NCBI RefSeq assembly: GCF_004010195.1
Contig: NC_057750.1
Span: forward strand, 15,826,550-15,890,549
DNA: 64,000 bases
Source of the DNA: Chiloscyllium plagiosum
Lineage: Eukaryota
Direction: 5' to 3'
In this document: positions 62,801 through 64,000 of the stretch, piece after piece
How positions within the stretch are numbered: the stretch's first letter is position 1
How the letters are laid out: each line of letters begins with the position of its first letter
Notes under the pieces: generated by a model
The model's database searches: none
Seen by the model: only the letters and a program-made list of their open reading frames with translations
What the model was told of the DNA's origin: nothing
Made by a program: the position numbers and the translations under genes

Positions 62801-63789
62801 TGAACATCCCCATTTCTGACCTGATGATGGAGGGAAGAACATTGATGAAGTAACTGAAGATGGTTGGGCCTAGGACACTACCTTCAGGAATGCCTGCAGA
62901 AAATGCCAGGAGCTGAGATGACTGTCCATCAACAAGCATATATATGCTGGTAGAGAGTTTCTCTCCTGGTTCCCATTGATGCTAGTTTTGCTAGGGCTTC
63001 TTGAGGCCAAACTCAGTCAAATGTGGCCTTAATGACAAGGGCTGTCACTCTCACCTCACCTCTGGAATTCAGCTCTTTTGTTCATGTTTGAACCAAGACT
63101 GTAATAAGGTCAGGAGCTAGGTGGCCCTGGTGCCAGACTGGATATCAGTCAGCAGGTTGGTGTGAGACAAGTGCTGCTTGATAACACTGTTGATGACACC
63201 TCCCATCACCTTATGATGATTGGGAGCAGACTGATGGGGTGGTACCCGAATTGGCCAGTTGGATTTGTCCTGCTTTGTGTACAGGACATACCTGGACAAT
63301 TTTCCACATTGTTGGATAGGTGCCAGTGTTGTAGCTGCACTGGAAAAGTTTGGCTAGGGGTGCAGCGAGTTCCAGAATATAAGTCTTCAGCATTATTGCC
63401 AGAATTTGTCAAGACCCACAACCTTTGCAGTATCGAGTGCCTCCAACTGTTTCTTGATATCACATGGAGTGAATCAAATTGGTTGAAGGCTGGCACCTGT
63501 AATGTTGGGACCACTGAAGGAAACACAAATGGATCAGGACTTCTTGCTGAAGATTGCTGCCAATGCATCAGACTTATCTTTTGTATTGATATGCTGGGCT
63601 CTTCCTTCATTGAGGATGGGAATATTTGTGGATCCCTTTTGTAACAGTCCCAAGTTTGCAGGTAACACAACACTAAATAATGGGGCAAATTGTGAGGAGG
63701 ATGCCAAGGTCCTTCAAGAAAATTTGGCAGATGGGATACAATATGAAGAAATGTAAGGTTATCCATTTTAATTGTAAATTCAGAATATA

Positions 63790-64000
63790 TTTTTCTTAAT
63801 TTTCAAATTCATTAGCTGCTGTTTTAGTGTGTTGGTGGATTTGCGGGCTACCATGATGCCAAAAGGTCTCAATAGTCTGCCAGTCATTTCCGAGATGTTT
63901 TTGATGTAGGGGAGAGTACCTAGGGTTTCTGGGCACGTTTTGTTTGCTTGTTTGGGTTTGTTGCTGAGAAATTAGCAGACTGTATTCATTGGGTACCTGT
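63790..64000 (-). mobile_element. PLE ORF fragment of Poseidon type (runs off the window)
   Basis: Minus strand reads PETLGTLPYIKNISEMTGRLLRPFGIMVARKSTNTLKQQL. Confidence 0.7.

Overview
Vertebrate genomic DNA whose repeat landscape points to a shark (HE1/V-SINEs, HER1/CR1 LINEs, DeuSINE relics); the taxon is inferred. The only supportable host gene is a Cdc42 effector (Borg/CDC42EP2-3 clade) on the minus strand. Its CDS is uninterrupted (10609-11349), with a predicted non-coding first exon and promoter about 11 kb upstream (about 22.7-23.0 kb). The rest is nested transposon debris: many CR1 LINEs, a Rex1/Babar LINE, a Tx1 3' end, a Gmr1-type Gypsy (PR-IN-RT order), a Gypsy bounded by two LTRs and a 5-bp TSD, PIF/Harbinger relics and a Tigger-like end. 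The most striking structure is a dense set of Penelope-like element (PLE) derivatives carrying minimal hammerhead-ribozyme motifs. These include about 100-bp ribozyme-plus-tail insertions and fold-back insertions flanked by 8-17 bp TSDs. All four fold-back copies show the same asymmetry: one arm keeps a 30-40 nt terminal tail and the other lacks it. One assembly gap lies at 1515-2071. Repeat boundaries were read by eye and are approximate unless a TSD is quoted.
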